A DNA stretch of 64,000 bases from the NCBI RefSeq assembly GCF_000143415.4, contig NW_003314265.1, positions 3,117,181 through 3,181,180 of the forward strand, written 5' to 3'. This document shows, piece by piece, positions 22,083 to 33,694 of this stretch (the stretch's first letter is position 1; every line of letters begins with the position of its first letter). Source of the DNA: Selaginella moellendorffii (Eukaryota > Plantae > Lycopodiophyta). The notes under the pieces are model-generated. The model saw only the letters and a list, made by a program, of their open reading frames with translations, was not told the DNA's origin and ran no database searches. A program made the position numbers and the translations under genes.

Positions 22083-24984
22083 ATGGAACTCTTGAGAGCC
22101 ACTTTACTGGTTTTGGTTCTAGTGAGCTTCGAGTTTGGCTTGGAGATATCTTCGGCGTCTCCCTCACAGGTACAACAGAGAGTATTTGATAGTTTTTCCA
22201 GCTTTTCGTTTCTCTTTGCAGAGCTACATTGTGTACCTTGGAAGCAGTCCTGAAACTGTAGACAAACAGAAGCTTGTTGCTTCCCACCAAGAAATTTTGC
22301 GGCCCGTCTTCCAGAGGTGAAATGTTTTTTCTTCACACGAGACAAGATTTCCTAAGCTTGTGTTGGATTCCAGTCTCCGGGCTGCCCAAAGGGCCATCTT
22401 CTACAGCTACACTCATGGCTTCAATGGATTTGCTGCTAAGTTACGCCCGGAGCAAGCTGCCGACATTTCAAGTACGTTTCTCTCTTTTTGCTCCTGAGCT
22501 GAAATCCTGCTGCCGCTCGCTAGGAATTCCTGGAGTTTTGTCCGTTTTTCCGAACAAGGAAAACTACCTACACACAACTCATAGCTGGGACTTCATGCAA
22601 CTAGAGTCACAGGGTGGTGAGATTCCAGCGTCTTCTTTGTGGAGCAGATCCAACTTCGGCAAAGATGTGATCATTGGATCTCTTGACACAGGTATGGCAA
22701 TAACGAGGAAGACTATAGAGATTTAAGTTCTTTTCTTGAAGGAATTTGGCCCGAGTCAGAAAGTTTAAACGACGAGAGCTTCGATGCCGTGCCAAGCAAA
22801 TGGAAAGGGAAGTGTGTAAGTGGCACAGCGTTCAACACATCTCACTGCAACAGGTTAATTTACAAAAGATCACGAAGAAAAAAAGAGCTAACAGCTGGTT
22901 TCTTCAGGAAGTTGATCGGTGCCAGGTACTACATCAAAGGCTTCGAGCTGGAAAATGGTCCTCTCAACGTGAACTCGACTGGGGACTTCAAATCTCCACG
23001 AGACAAAAAAGGCCACGGGACTCACACTTCCTCCATAGCTGGAGGCCGCTTCGTCCCGCAAGCAAGCTTCCTGGGCCTCGGCAATGGGACAGCCAAAGGA
23101 GGAGCGCCACTCGCGAGGCTTGCCGTCTATAAAGTCTGCTGGCAGAAGGAAGCGACTGGTACTCTCTGCTACGATGCTGATATTCTCGCTGCGATGGACG
23201 ACGCAATCCAGGATGGCGTCGACATTCTCACTCTCTCGCTCGGCGGCTCGCAGCCTCTCTCGCAGCTCTTTCAGGACGCCATATCCATCGGTGCATATCA
23301 CGCTGTCCAGAAGGGAATCCCTGTCGTTTGCTCGGCTGGAAACGGGGGGCCAGCCTTCGGAAGCGTTGTCAACGTAGCACCTTGGGTCCTTACTGTTGCT
23401 GCCAGCAGCACTGACCGGGACTTTTGCTCCACGGTTGTTCTCGGCGACAACTCGACGTTCCGAGTAATCTGTTTTGCTACCATGCCATCTTTTGCTCATG
23501 CGTCTCTTATGTGTCTCGAAGGGAAGCAGTATGTCCGAGTTTAAGCTTGAGGATGGAGCTCACCAGTATCCTCTCATCTCCGGTGGTGCCATCCCGGCTT
23601 CCTCCTCCAATGCCTCCGACAGGCAAGTCTAAAGAACTTTTGCATCTCCACTTAAGCATGCTTGCCTCTCGTCACCAGCCTCTTGTGCAATGCGGGCTCG
23701 CTGGATCCGGAGAAGGCCAAAGGGAAGATCGTCGTTTGCTTGCGCGGCTCGGGCAGCCAACTCTTCAAAGGACAAGTCGTGCAGCTTGCTGGAGGCGTTG
23801 GGATGATCCTGGCGAATTCTCCGTCGGATGGGAGCCAAACGCAGGCTACTTTTCACGTCCTTCCAGCAACCAACGTCAACTCGGAAGCTGCCGCAGCCAT
23901 CTTTGCATACTTGAATGCGTCAAGGTGCGTCCTCGAGATGCTCTTGAAAGGCTAAAGTTCTAGACATGCTTTTGTAGCTCGCCGACTGCAACTCTCACAG
24001 CTTCCACTACTGTCACCGGCATCAAACCGGCTCCAACTATGGCTCCCTTCTCGTCCCGCGGGCCCAACATGCTCATCCCCGACATCCTAAAGGTCGCTAT
24101 CCATTTTTTCTTGCTCAAGTCATGATCAATTTCTAAAATGCAGCCGGACGTCACTGCTCCTGGTGTAAACATCCTGGCATCGTTTTCCGAGGCAGCATCT
24201 CCCATAACCAACAACAGCACTCGAGCTCTCAAGTTCTTCGTAGCCTCTGGGACGTCCATGGCCTGTCCTCACGTCTCTGGCGTCGCGTCCATGCTCAAAG
24301 CTTTGTATCCCGAGTGGAGTCCAGCTGCGATCATGTCAGCTATAGTCACTACCGGTGAGAGTTTCTTGTTTCTTTGTATAGTACTGACTTAATCGCCTCG
24401 AAACAGCAAGATCTCGGGACAACCGCGAGCAGCTCATCCTCGCGGATGATTCTCAAGTCGCCGGTGCCTTCAACTTTGGCTCGGGTCACGTCGATCCCAA
24501 CGCAGCAGCGGACCCCGGCTTGGTCTACGACGCTGCTCCCCAGGATTATCTTCTGCTGCTCTGCAGCCTCAAGTTCAACACCAGCACCGTCCGCAAAATC
24601 TCAGGCCAGGATAACTTCTCGTGTCCCGTCCACCAGGAACCAGTGAGCAACTTCAACTATCCATCGATCGGAATCGCCAGGCTCAACGCGAACAGCCTTG
24701 TGAGCGTGACGAGGACGCTCACCAGCGTCGCAAACTGCTCGTCAACTTACGAGGCGTTCGTGAGGCCGCCACCGGGAGTTTCAGTTTCCGTGTGGCCCTC
24801 GAGGCTCACATTCTCAGGCAGTGGACAAAAGCAGCAGTTCGCGGTGAGCTTCAAGCTCACGCAGCCATCTCCAGCGCTGCCAGGAGGCCGCGCTTGGGGA
24901 TATATGGTGTGGAGCGATGGTAAGCACCAGGTACGAAGCTCCATCGCCATAGCAAGCACGGGAGCACTTATTAGTGATGCTTAA
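22083..24984 (+). CDS. Subtilisin-like serine protease (signal peptide, I9 prodomain, S8, PA, Fn3-like), many introns
   Basis: SYIVYLG, YSYTHGFNGFAA, LHTTHSWDF; catalytic IIGSLDTG, GHGTHTSS, SGTSMACPHVSG; NFNYPSI; WSDGKHQVRSSI. Confidence 0.95.
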
Positions 24985-25212
24985 TCGTGATTACTTTAAG
25001 AAAGGCTTAAGGGCAGCTCAGCATTCTCCAAATAGTTGATTGCGTATATTTTCTTTCAGCTCAGCATATTATTTTCTAAGTCGGTCTGTGATTGGGGTTT
25101 GGGACAAAGATTTCTTCTTTGACTTAGCTGCGTCGTCGTGTGTGTGAGGGCCTTCTCAAGCGCTCTCTCTCTTCTCTGTCGCGCTTAAGCTTGGTTTGTC
25201 TCAAAGATAAGA

Positions 25213-26560
25213 TGATGTTCTTCTTTCTCTTCTTTGCGTTTGTTATCGCGGCTGCCCTGTTCTTGGTCCACAAGAAGCGCAAAGCAGACATCCCTCGCTG
25301 CTGCCCAGGAGATCTCTTCCTTCGCTATTAACATCGATGGTCTCGTCGAGGTGAGTTTTATGAGTCTTTACTCTTGATTCTCCGTTTCTCCCTTTCCTTT
25401 TTTTCTCTCGTTAACCGCAGGGGCAGTGTCGCAGCCTCGTACAGCCGGATGATAAAAAGGTGGTGGAGCTACAGGAGCTCCGGAAGCCCGAGCTGGGGCA
25501 ATCCTTGAGCAGTAAGTCGATTCATTCATGTCGGATTGAAAGTTTGAGGGCTAACATTTTCCAGAGTCGAAGATCCAGTCCGTGGAGGAAGTACAGGGAG
25601 ATACCGAGGCACCGGTTGTGGCAGCGGATCATTGCTACGATCGTCGACCTCTTGGTCGCCATGAGCCGGCGGATCTGAATCTTCTTCTCCGCGAGAATCT
25701 CCGCGAGAAAGAGATCATGGCGATGGAGGTGGTCAAGTGGCATCCACCTGACTCGGACAGCTCTTCACCTCGCGATACTCGCTGCGATCACGCATTTGAT
25801 GACTATATAGTCATCGAGATACCGGAGCTCACGAGCAGCGATCTTCCTCTCGATGAAAACGAGCTCGAGACCATGACAGCAGTGGAGCATCGATCTGGCT
25901 TGAGTCTCGCAATGGAGAAGCAGCAGCAGCAGCAGCTTCGGCCGGAAGGAGGCGTCCATGGCGCATTCACCGAGGGTGGCGAGGCGGAGCTCACCTTGGT
26001 TTGCACACGCATACTACCGGGAGACGATACTCTGGAGCTGGAGTTTTCAGCAAAGTCTCCAACGCTCTCCCAGGCGAATCAAAGCCTTCCTCAGGTGCTA
26101 CGACTCTTTCTTTCCAGATTGTGGAGTTTTGAACTTGTTTTTGCAGGGAGCTACTTTAATGGTGTGGGACGAGCAAGGTCCAGCTTGTCTCGACGGTGGA
26201 GCCTCTCTTCCAATACCATGGGTAAGTTCATTGATCATTTCAACAAGAGTTCCAAACGTTAAACTTCTTTGTTTTCTTTGTTTGGCAGCCACTTTTGTCC
26301 AAAGAAGTGGATTCTCCGGCTACATCTCTACTGCCTGGGGACTTTGCGCAGCACGATCAGAGTGTTGGTAATGCGCCTCTGGAAGTTCGAGGTTTTAGTG
26401 GCGATGCATCTCTTCGCTGCTATCTTCAACAGTGGTGGTAAGTTAATCACGTAGCGTAGTCGGATTTAAGAAACTTAATTCGTCGTGTGTGCAGGGTCAG
26501 GAGTTCTCTGTACATGCAGGGTGTCACTGGCAACAGCGCATATTCGCATGAGAAAGAAAT
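25213..26560 (+). pseudogene. Unknown multi-exon lineage-specific gene, frameshifted in exon 1
   Basis: Exon 1 is 8 nt shorter than the intact exon of the 11.5-kb paralog, giving RY* early. Downstream exons with GT/AG borders include the 25582-26093 open frame. Confidence 0.45.
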
Positions 26561-26664
26561 ATAGATCCACAGGTAAAAGTTTTGGAAACAAGTTAGTATG
26601 TCTAACTTCCAGTGTTACTAGGCCTCCTTTCGTTCTACCCAAGCTTTAGGACACAAGCAAGTTA

Positions 26665-29048
26665 CGGTCTTCCCAGAGAAGCAATGTTACGTTGCAGCAT
26701 CCTCAGGCTGGCGCGCGAGAATTCTCTTCACTGCTCGCTTCCCATGCTCCGAGTCTCCATGGATAGCGCACGCGTCTAGGAAGCTCGTCCAGAGAACGAC
26801 GAGAGGGTCATCACCACTGCCACCGCTACTTCGGGATGATGAAAGCTCCTGCCTCCTGTTTCTAAGTTTGACGGCCACCATCTCCTCGGCCTCCTCCAGA
26901 AATCCAGCCCGGCTCGTGCTCAAGGAGCTCAACACGTAGCAGGCGCATGACTCAGAGTGGAGAGAAAAAGTCACCGAGTCCGGATCAATGCCCCACAGCT
27001 GCATGCACTCGAGCACTCGACCGAGTTCGCTAGATCTTTCAGTCAACGCCGTCGCCAGTCCGTTCCAAGCCAGCAAGCTTTTTTCTTGCGGCACTAGCGT
27101 CAGGAACGTTTCCACTGCGGCGCTTTCCACACTTTTCAAACAGGTTGATGCCGGCTGCTGCGACTTCTGCTCCAAATCCTGCCCTCGGAGAAAACATGTT
27201 GGCCAAGCTCGAGCTCCGAGTTGGCGGTGCATGCATTCAGGACCGCAACGAATGTGAGGCTGTCGGGAGCAACTTTGGAGTCTTTCATCCGCTGGAACAA
27301 GTCGAAAACTCTCTGGAACTCGCCATAGTGCGACAGGGCCGAGATCATCGTAGTCCAAGACACCACATCGGGCTGCTGTATCGTGCCAAAAGTCATCACC
27401 GCGTCCTCGAGGCTTCCACATTCCGAGTACATGTGAACGAAGGCTGTCGCGACGAGAAGAGCCAGGCTGCTGCTATTCTCCCTGGCAAGTTGATGGAGGA
27501 GCCTTCCATGGCTTAGATCCTCTCGGCTCTGCTTGCAAACGCCGAGGATAGTGACGAAGGTATACTTGTCAGGTCTGGAGTCGCCAGCAGCATATCTCGG
27601 AACAGGCACCGGCATTCTCTGCTTTCTCCGACTTGACCACAGGCCGACAGGATGGACAACGTTGCGAGTCCACATCCTAGAGAAGACCTCACAGGCCTTT
27701 CCCAGCTTGGCATGGACGCTCAGAGCGGCATTTCCAACCACGAGCTCTCTCGATCATGTCCAAGTTCGACGCAGCGCCGGTATACCCGCATCCCGCTCTT
27801 GAGTTCATCAGTTCAAGTTCCACTTTCGAGCAAGCAGGCAGCACGGCAGGCATTGTCACCTTGTTTGGAGCTTCATCCTGGAGCTGCATGAGTTGGAAGT
27901 ACTGCAGCGCTTCTCCAAAGAAACCCGTGCTGCCTGTAGGCGGAGACCATGGCAGTGTAGGCGGAGACCATGGCAGTCCAGCAAACAACGTTGTGTTCCC
28001 CAAGGCTGAGTGTGGACCTCCTACACCGGTGCCAGGTGCTCTACCACTGAGCTACCTGCCCTGGTTGTGTGTATGTTCAGCTTAATTCTAACACTCCCCC
28101 CTAAGTTGAATACGCCACACATCCTTGCCAGTTCATGCTTACCACACACCATCCAACCATAGCTCCAATACCATGTTGGAAAATGGATTTGGACAGGCCA
28201 AGGATTGAACCCAGGACCTCCTACACCGGTGCCACTGAGCTACCTGCCCTGGTTATGTGCATGTTCAGCTTAGTTCTAACACGTGCCTCCTCCAGCCTTC
28301 CGCACTTGCTGTAAGTGTTGAGCAGCGCAGTGTCTACAAACGTATATCGAGCGTAATTGCGCTGGATTATATGGCCGTGGAGTTCCTCCACAACCGGTCG
28401 AGCTTCTAAATTGGCTGCTACGTCGAGAAGAGCAAAGAAGGTACTCTGTCAGACATCACACCTTGGGGCATACAGCTGTAGAGAACAAGAGCTTTTGTCG
28501 ACGGCTAAGTGCTGCTAACCTCGAGTTCCAAGTCGCCGGACTTTGCTGGAAGGCGCTGCTGCTAAATACTGTGGCTGAGGCTTCTAGGTTTCCACACTTG
28601 CCATACATTACCATGATGGCAGCGGCTAGCTCTTCCTCGTCGCCAAGCTCTACAACACAAACATGGATCAGTTTGCTTTGGAGAAAGAACTTTGGATTTG
28701 AACAAACCTTGAGCATTGCTAGCAACGTAATCTTGTCCGTTAGAAAACCTTGGAGCTGCATTTGTTGGAACAAGTTGATAGCTTGCAAAATAGGCTCCGA
28801 TGATAGTGTTCCAGGAAACTAGATCCCTGCTGCAAACACTCGGACTGCCTCTTCCAAGCTCCCAGACCTCGAGTACATGCTCATGACAGCGTTCATGAGG
28901 CTGGTGAGGCCTCCAAGTCCCAGTTCTCGAGCGTGATCCTGCCAAAGCCGAGGAAAGAAGACCGATCCAAGGTGTCGACAACCGTTAGCAGAGTCACTCT
29001 ATCCGGCTTGATTCCCTCCAACTGCATTGTCGTTGCACTGTGTCCTTG
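26665..29048 (-). pseudogene. 5'-truncated, frameshifted inverted copy of PPR gene 7823-11089
   Basis: Near-identical peptides (RRQELSSSRSSGGSGDDPLVVLWTSFL, FQRVFDLFQRMKDSKVAPDSLTF, AINLFQQMQLQGF) in shifting frames. Contains a 21-bp tandem duplication near 27936-27977 and a TRIM insertion. Homology stops at parent position ~8780. Confidence 0.92.
28011..28281 (-). mobile_element. TRIM (miniature LTR retrotransposon) with tRNA-like LTRs
   Basis: On the minus strand: 108-bp LTR TGTTAG...CCAACA (28281-28174), PBS TGGTATTGGAGC (28173-28162, 10/12 to the iMet PBS), PPT AGGGGGGAG (28102-28094), then a second truncated LTR (28093-~28014). Absent from the parent PPR gene. Confidence 0.85.
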
Positions 29049-29439
29049 AGGATGTTGGTCTCTTCGCATTTCTTTCAAAAGAAAAAACAAAACTCCAGCG
29101 AGTGATCATCCAAGTGTTCTAACGCATCCTGCGGGTTGAACATATCCAGCTTTCCATGGAGGGGTAACCAGCACAGCTCAAGTAGATTGCAATCGAAGTA
29201 GTTCTTGGGGCAATTGCTAACCTGTATGGAGATGACGGATGTGCCACAAAAATGAGGTAGATATGTTGAGTACCTCTTGTAATGGGATCCTGGATATCTT
29301 TATTTCTAGAGGACTCTTCATGATCGCTTTCTGGCTTCACCTGGCTATCTTCAAATTTTTCAATCCTCCTCTGAAATGTTGGTTGTCTTCTTTTTATTGT
29401 CATCGTTTCTGATCAATTGTTGCCTTTGTAGATTGATAG

Positions 29440-30073
29440 ATGGGGCATTGGACTTGACAGCAGTGGTGAAAAAACATAATTGGTGGCAGCAAATCTCTTG
29501 CATGTGGTTTGATCATTCATCTGGAGAGGGAGTTTGGCTTTGGTAAGTTGATATCTAGGGGTAGCCTCCTATCCACATTGTTCATCCAGAACCGTTTTAT
29601 CTTTGGGAGTGTCGGGAGCTCTCTTTGGTCTAAAAGCTCATACATCTATTCCAACAAGGCACCTTTTGCTTTAAAGTAAATTTCGTGGTGTGTCAAGCAT
29701 AAAGCTTCTATTTTTTTCTTTGTTTTCTTTTTGCAAATTGCAGTGTTGATCATCATCAACATCAACTTGGGGCACCTTGCCTCACATCAACAGCTTCGCT
29801 CACATTGGAGGATTTGTCTCCTGGTTTTTGCTCAGTTTTGTGTAATTCCATTTGGATGGGTTGGCATCAAAGCCACGTTGGGATCCTAGGCGACCAGTCC
29901 TCCTGTCAAGTCGAAACAAAAGATCGTGCTTCTCATTGCTGCCATGCTTCTTTTATCATATCTTGCTCCTTTGAGTGATCCGCTGTGCTTGTGAATAACC
30001 CTCTCCAGGTACGACCTCCATTGCTCTTGTACAATGGAGTTGGCGTGAACAAGAAATGTAGCTGGTGTCACTG
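29440..30073 (+). pseudogene. Rhomboid protease (plant RBL-type) relic
   Basis: Fragments HLEREFGF, GSLLSTLFIQNR, LPHINSFAHIGGFVSWFLLSFV* and NGVGVNKKCSWCH in shifting frames. Confidence 0.7.
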
Positions 30074-31109
30074 TAACATTTGAATGTGAAGTATGTTTAC
30101 CTTTCTCTTGTTTTGTTTCTATTTTCTATTTTCTCCACATTTCTCAGAAACCGTCATTGTCCTCATCGTTTCTCTTGCATCATTCCTTTTATCTCACAAA
30201 TTCTTTTGTTTTGAATGGATCGATGTAGCAGAAGGCTACTTATGAGAGTAGTCTGCAAATATAGAAACTAATATCTGTAAAAATTCGTTTGAGAGAAAGT
30301 TTAAGTCGCATCTGTAAACAGTAAAAACCTTGAACGTCAGGTTGTACCATCTCCATGGGACAGGCTTAATTGATTGAAAATTATTGTGGCTGTAGCATGA
30401 TTCTTCCAACAAGGTGAACTCTTTCCAACGTGTTTGATTGAGCCATGGATGACAGCTGTCATAAGTAGAGCTAATTTACTTCACATTTTGCATTTCTACC
30501 TCAAGGAGTGTTTTGTCTCACGGACTACCTTCTGGTGCCATCCAAGCTCCATCTACCCCAGCAATGCCCCGTGCACGAGTTCCAGTTTATCATGACCAGA
30601 GAGGAGCTGCTCAAGATGTTTAGAGACATATTTCAGATCAAGAATGGAGATCACAACAGACTTTTCAAAAATTGGAAGAAACATGCCACTATATATAGGA
30701 TGGAAGATATTTTGAACGAGAAAATTCTGCCTGTCGCGTGCCCCCTGTGGGAACTAGTGCAAATTTGGCATTTGCAAGCATGAGAAGAACAAGAACATTG
30801 CAATGGGCCATCTATGGTGATAGTAGGCTTGATATCATTGCCCATGCTTACCTTTTTCTTTAATGTAAAAGCATTTTGCATTTAATTTAAAGTGAAGAAT
30901 ATGTGGGAGTTACTACTTATAAAGTTAAGTTTATACCGGTCATTTATTTATGTATAATAATTTAAAGACATAAGTAGTGTCATTAAAAAATATTCCGTTA
31001 ATTAATATTAACTAATTATATTTAAAAGTAAATTAAAATAACAAGAAAGAAAAACATAGGAAAAAAGTGCACGCAAATAATTCTAGGTTACGAGCTCGCC
31101 AGGGTTGCG

Positions 31110-32336
31110 ATGGCAAAGCGGAAATCGTCCTTTGAGGTAACTGCGAGCTCCATGACACGGACCGATTTCGAAATCTCGAACCCCTTTGTGAATGTGTGTG
31201 CCGGTACTGTGGACAAGTTCGAGACAGAGGCGCCGTGCGAGGAAGACGCGAGCGGTAAGGTGACGCGCGTCAACGGGGTAGACAAGCAGCTTCTCGACTA
31301 CTTTCTTCTGGAGCATCTCCTTCCCGCTATGCAGAAGGCGGCTAGATGCTACCGATCCAGTGAGAGGAAGTTAGCTGCGTCCTTCTTCCCCCTCTTCACT
31401 CACCTTGCCCCACTAGCGGGAGATGCAGGGCTTCTCAAGCAGCGCGAGGGGGATCATGTCCCGAGTGACGAAGCTATGAGCGGCTTGGCAGCTCTAGATG
31501 CCTCGGCTCTACAAAATGCTTCTGGATCGTCTCGGATCACAGCTGATAGCTCTGACGGGAACAGTCGACGTTACATTGACTTTGTTCATGAGGATGGTGA
31601 CGATTTGGGGCCCTGGCAGGCGGTCGACTTTCGTGGCTATGGCCATGGGTTTCCTGAGACTGGCGGGTACCGGGATATCGGCAAGACGTTCACGCTGCTT
31701 ATCACGGATTTCAAGCAAAAGAACTTCGTGTGGGATCCAGAGACGGCGGAACAGTCGGCATTTTACCAGCTAGCGGAGTATGCTTCTCGCGCAGCTATCG
31801 CCAACCTCAACATTCACAGGTACAAGCCTGTGCATATGCTTATCCTCGCAGATGGTGATTGGGCTTGCGCGGTGCTGCATCCCAAAGCCTCCGTCCAAGT
31901 CGAGAAGGGTGCCATCGACCCTGAAAGCTTTGACATGTATCTCGAGGGCATCAAGGAGAAGTGGTGCCAAGAGAACCCGGGCGGTGTATACCAAGCTCCA
32001 AGTGAGGCCCAGAAGCAAGAATGGCTGGCTGAGCAGAATGACAGGCTCGCTTATACCGAGCAGAAGATGAAGAAGCTGCGGATGGCTGGAAGCATTCCTG
32101 ACAGCAAGTCGCTTCTGGTTGGCACCATCGTGTACAATGCTTTGTCCCTGACCTGGACCAAGTTCCCGATCGCTACCTTGGGGACCACATTTGTGCCCAT
32201 GGATTACGTTCTCGTCTCGGGGTTGATGAGAGTCTTGTTTGGAGACAGGGTGTGTTCTTGGACAAAAGAGACTTTGCAAGCTCTTGCAGAGGCTCGAGAC
32301 AAGGAACTGCATGCCCTGCGTGTTAAGGTTTTGTGA
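31110..32336 (+). CDS. Intronless 408-aa orphan protein, putative PD-(D/E)xK (restriction endonuclease-like) fold
   Basis: Clean GC-rich ORF in AT-rich flanks with ordered motifs SERKL, YIDF/AVDF, LLITDFK, YQLAEY, ILADGDW. The fold assignment is inference only. Confidence 0.6.
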   Translation: MAKRKSSFEVTASSMTRTDFEISNPFVNVCAGTVDKFETEAPCEEDASGKVTRVNGVDKQLLDYFLLEHLLPAMQKAARCYRSSERKLAASFFPLFTHLAPLAGDAGLLKQREGDHVPSDEAMSGLAALDASALQNASGSSRITADSSDGNSRRYIDFVHEDGDDLGPWQAVDFRGYGHGFPETGGYRDIGKTFTLLITDFKQKNFVWDPETAEQSAFYQLAEYASRAAIANLNIHRYKPVHMLILADGDWACAVLHPKASVQVEKGAIDPESFDMYLEGIKEKWCQENPGGVYQAPSEAQKQEWLAEQNDRLAYTEQKMKKLRMAGSIPDSKSLLVGTIVYNALSLTWTKFPIATLGTTFVPMDYVLVSGLMRVLFGDRVCSWTKETLQALAEARDKELHALRVKVL

Positions 32337-32778
32337 GAAGGATGGCTCTCAAGAAATTTGAATCTTAATTATATATGTAGGGAATATATTTAAAATATTT
32401 CGGTATATTATAGGATATTTCTTAATTTAACAGCTAAACTAATTTAGTGTTTAATATTAATTATCTTGGTGGTTCTAATTATGCTAACATGACTAATCTT
32501 AACATCATACACACACTTTCTTTATATAATGTCCAAGTGTACAATTATATGCAATATATTATTAGTGTAATGAGATTTTGGTAGCCATTAGAGTTTTTAT
32601 TTGGATCACTCACTCTTATATATAAGTTAAGATTTCTTAGGCTAATCAAATATACACATTTTACATTCCACTTCCATATTTCATTTACATTAGTGGATGT
32701 GAGGGGCACCTTTGATTGTCCATGAGGAGTATTTCATGCTTTTGGTTTAGATTTAACTTCTATGTTGTTTATATTTCT

Positions 32779-32781
<3 letters not shown>

Positions 32782-32827
<46 letters not shown>
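32782..32827. repeat. (TA)n microsatellite, about 23 units
   Basis: Direct reading. Confidence 0.95.
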
Positions 32828-32830
<3 letters not shown>

Positions 32831-33694
32831 TTTCAATTTCTTTTCTTTTGCTCTTTTTTCTTTTTGTTCATCTTCATAGTAGAGTAATAGCTTTTTCCTT
32901 TGACTTTAAAGGAGCAGTTGGTGCAATTGCTTAATACTATGTAATTACAATTGAATAATCAAACTTAGTTGATAGTAATATTCATAATGTGTGATGTAGC
33001 TTTTTTTATTCTTATTGCAAATTATTGCATCTGACTAGAGGCTGGAGTTGATATATACAATAAATTTGAACACTTTATAGTGATTGCTACTTAAGAATGC
33101 AATCCAATGCTAATAATTTTGTGTAGTTATGCATCAAGGTTTCAAGAGTGACAATGCTTGGGCTGTTTGCTCAAGCTCTTAGTAGTAGATGGCATTAGGG
33201 CACATTGAACAATCCCTTAAAAGATTTATATCTTGAAAATATAAATTATCTCTCTCACTATTTTATTTTTGGTTCACTTATATTTTTATTTCACTTTTCT
33301 GCCAAGCCTAAATAAATAAAAACATCATATACATACTTTCAATTTGATTAGCAATGTAAAATTTAAATTTTGATATATAAGTTTACATTGGTGATGTTAT
33401 GCAAATGCTATTCTTACAATGATGCTTAATGTTTGCGCAAATTTCCCATATGTTTCCAAGGGATTAGTCATTTCATATGTACAATTTCTAGAAAATTAAC
33501 TTGCTAAATGTTATGTCAAATCTTGTAAACTTCTATACCTCAACTTATTACAACATTACAATGGTACAATGGTTTGAACACAACTACTCGTGTGAATTAA
33601 AGCCTTCTTTCAGATATCTTTAAGTATGCATTTGGGCATGTTAATTGTGATGATGCTTTTTAGCAATTGTATTGTCTTTGTTATTGTTTATTTC

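Noticed and set aside
32716-32934. 72-aa ORF with a YIYIYI run
   Set aside because: Translation of the (TA)n microsatellite.
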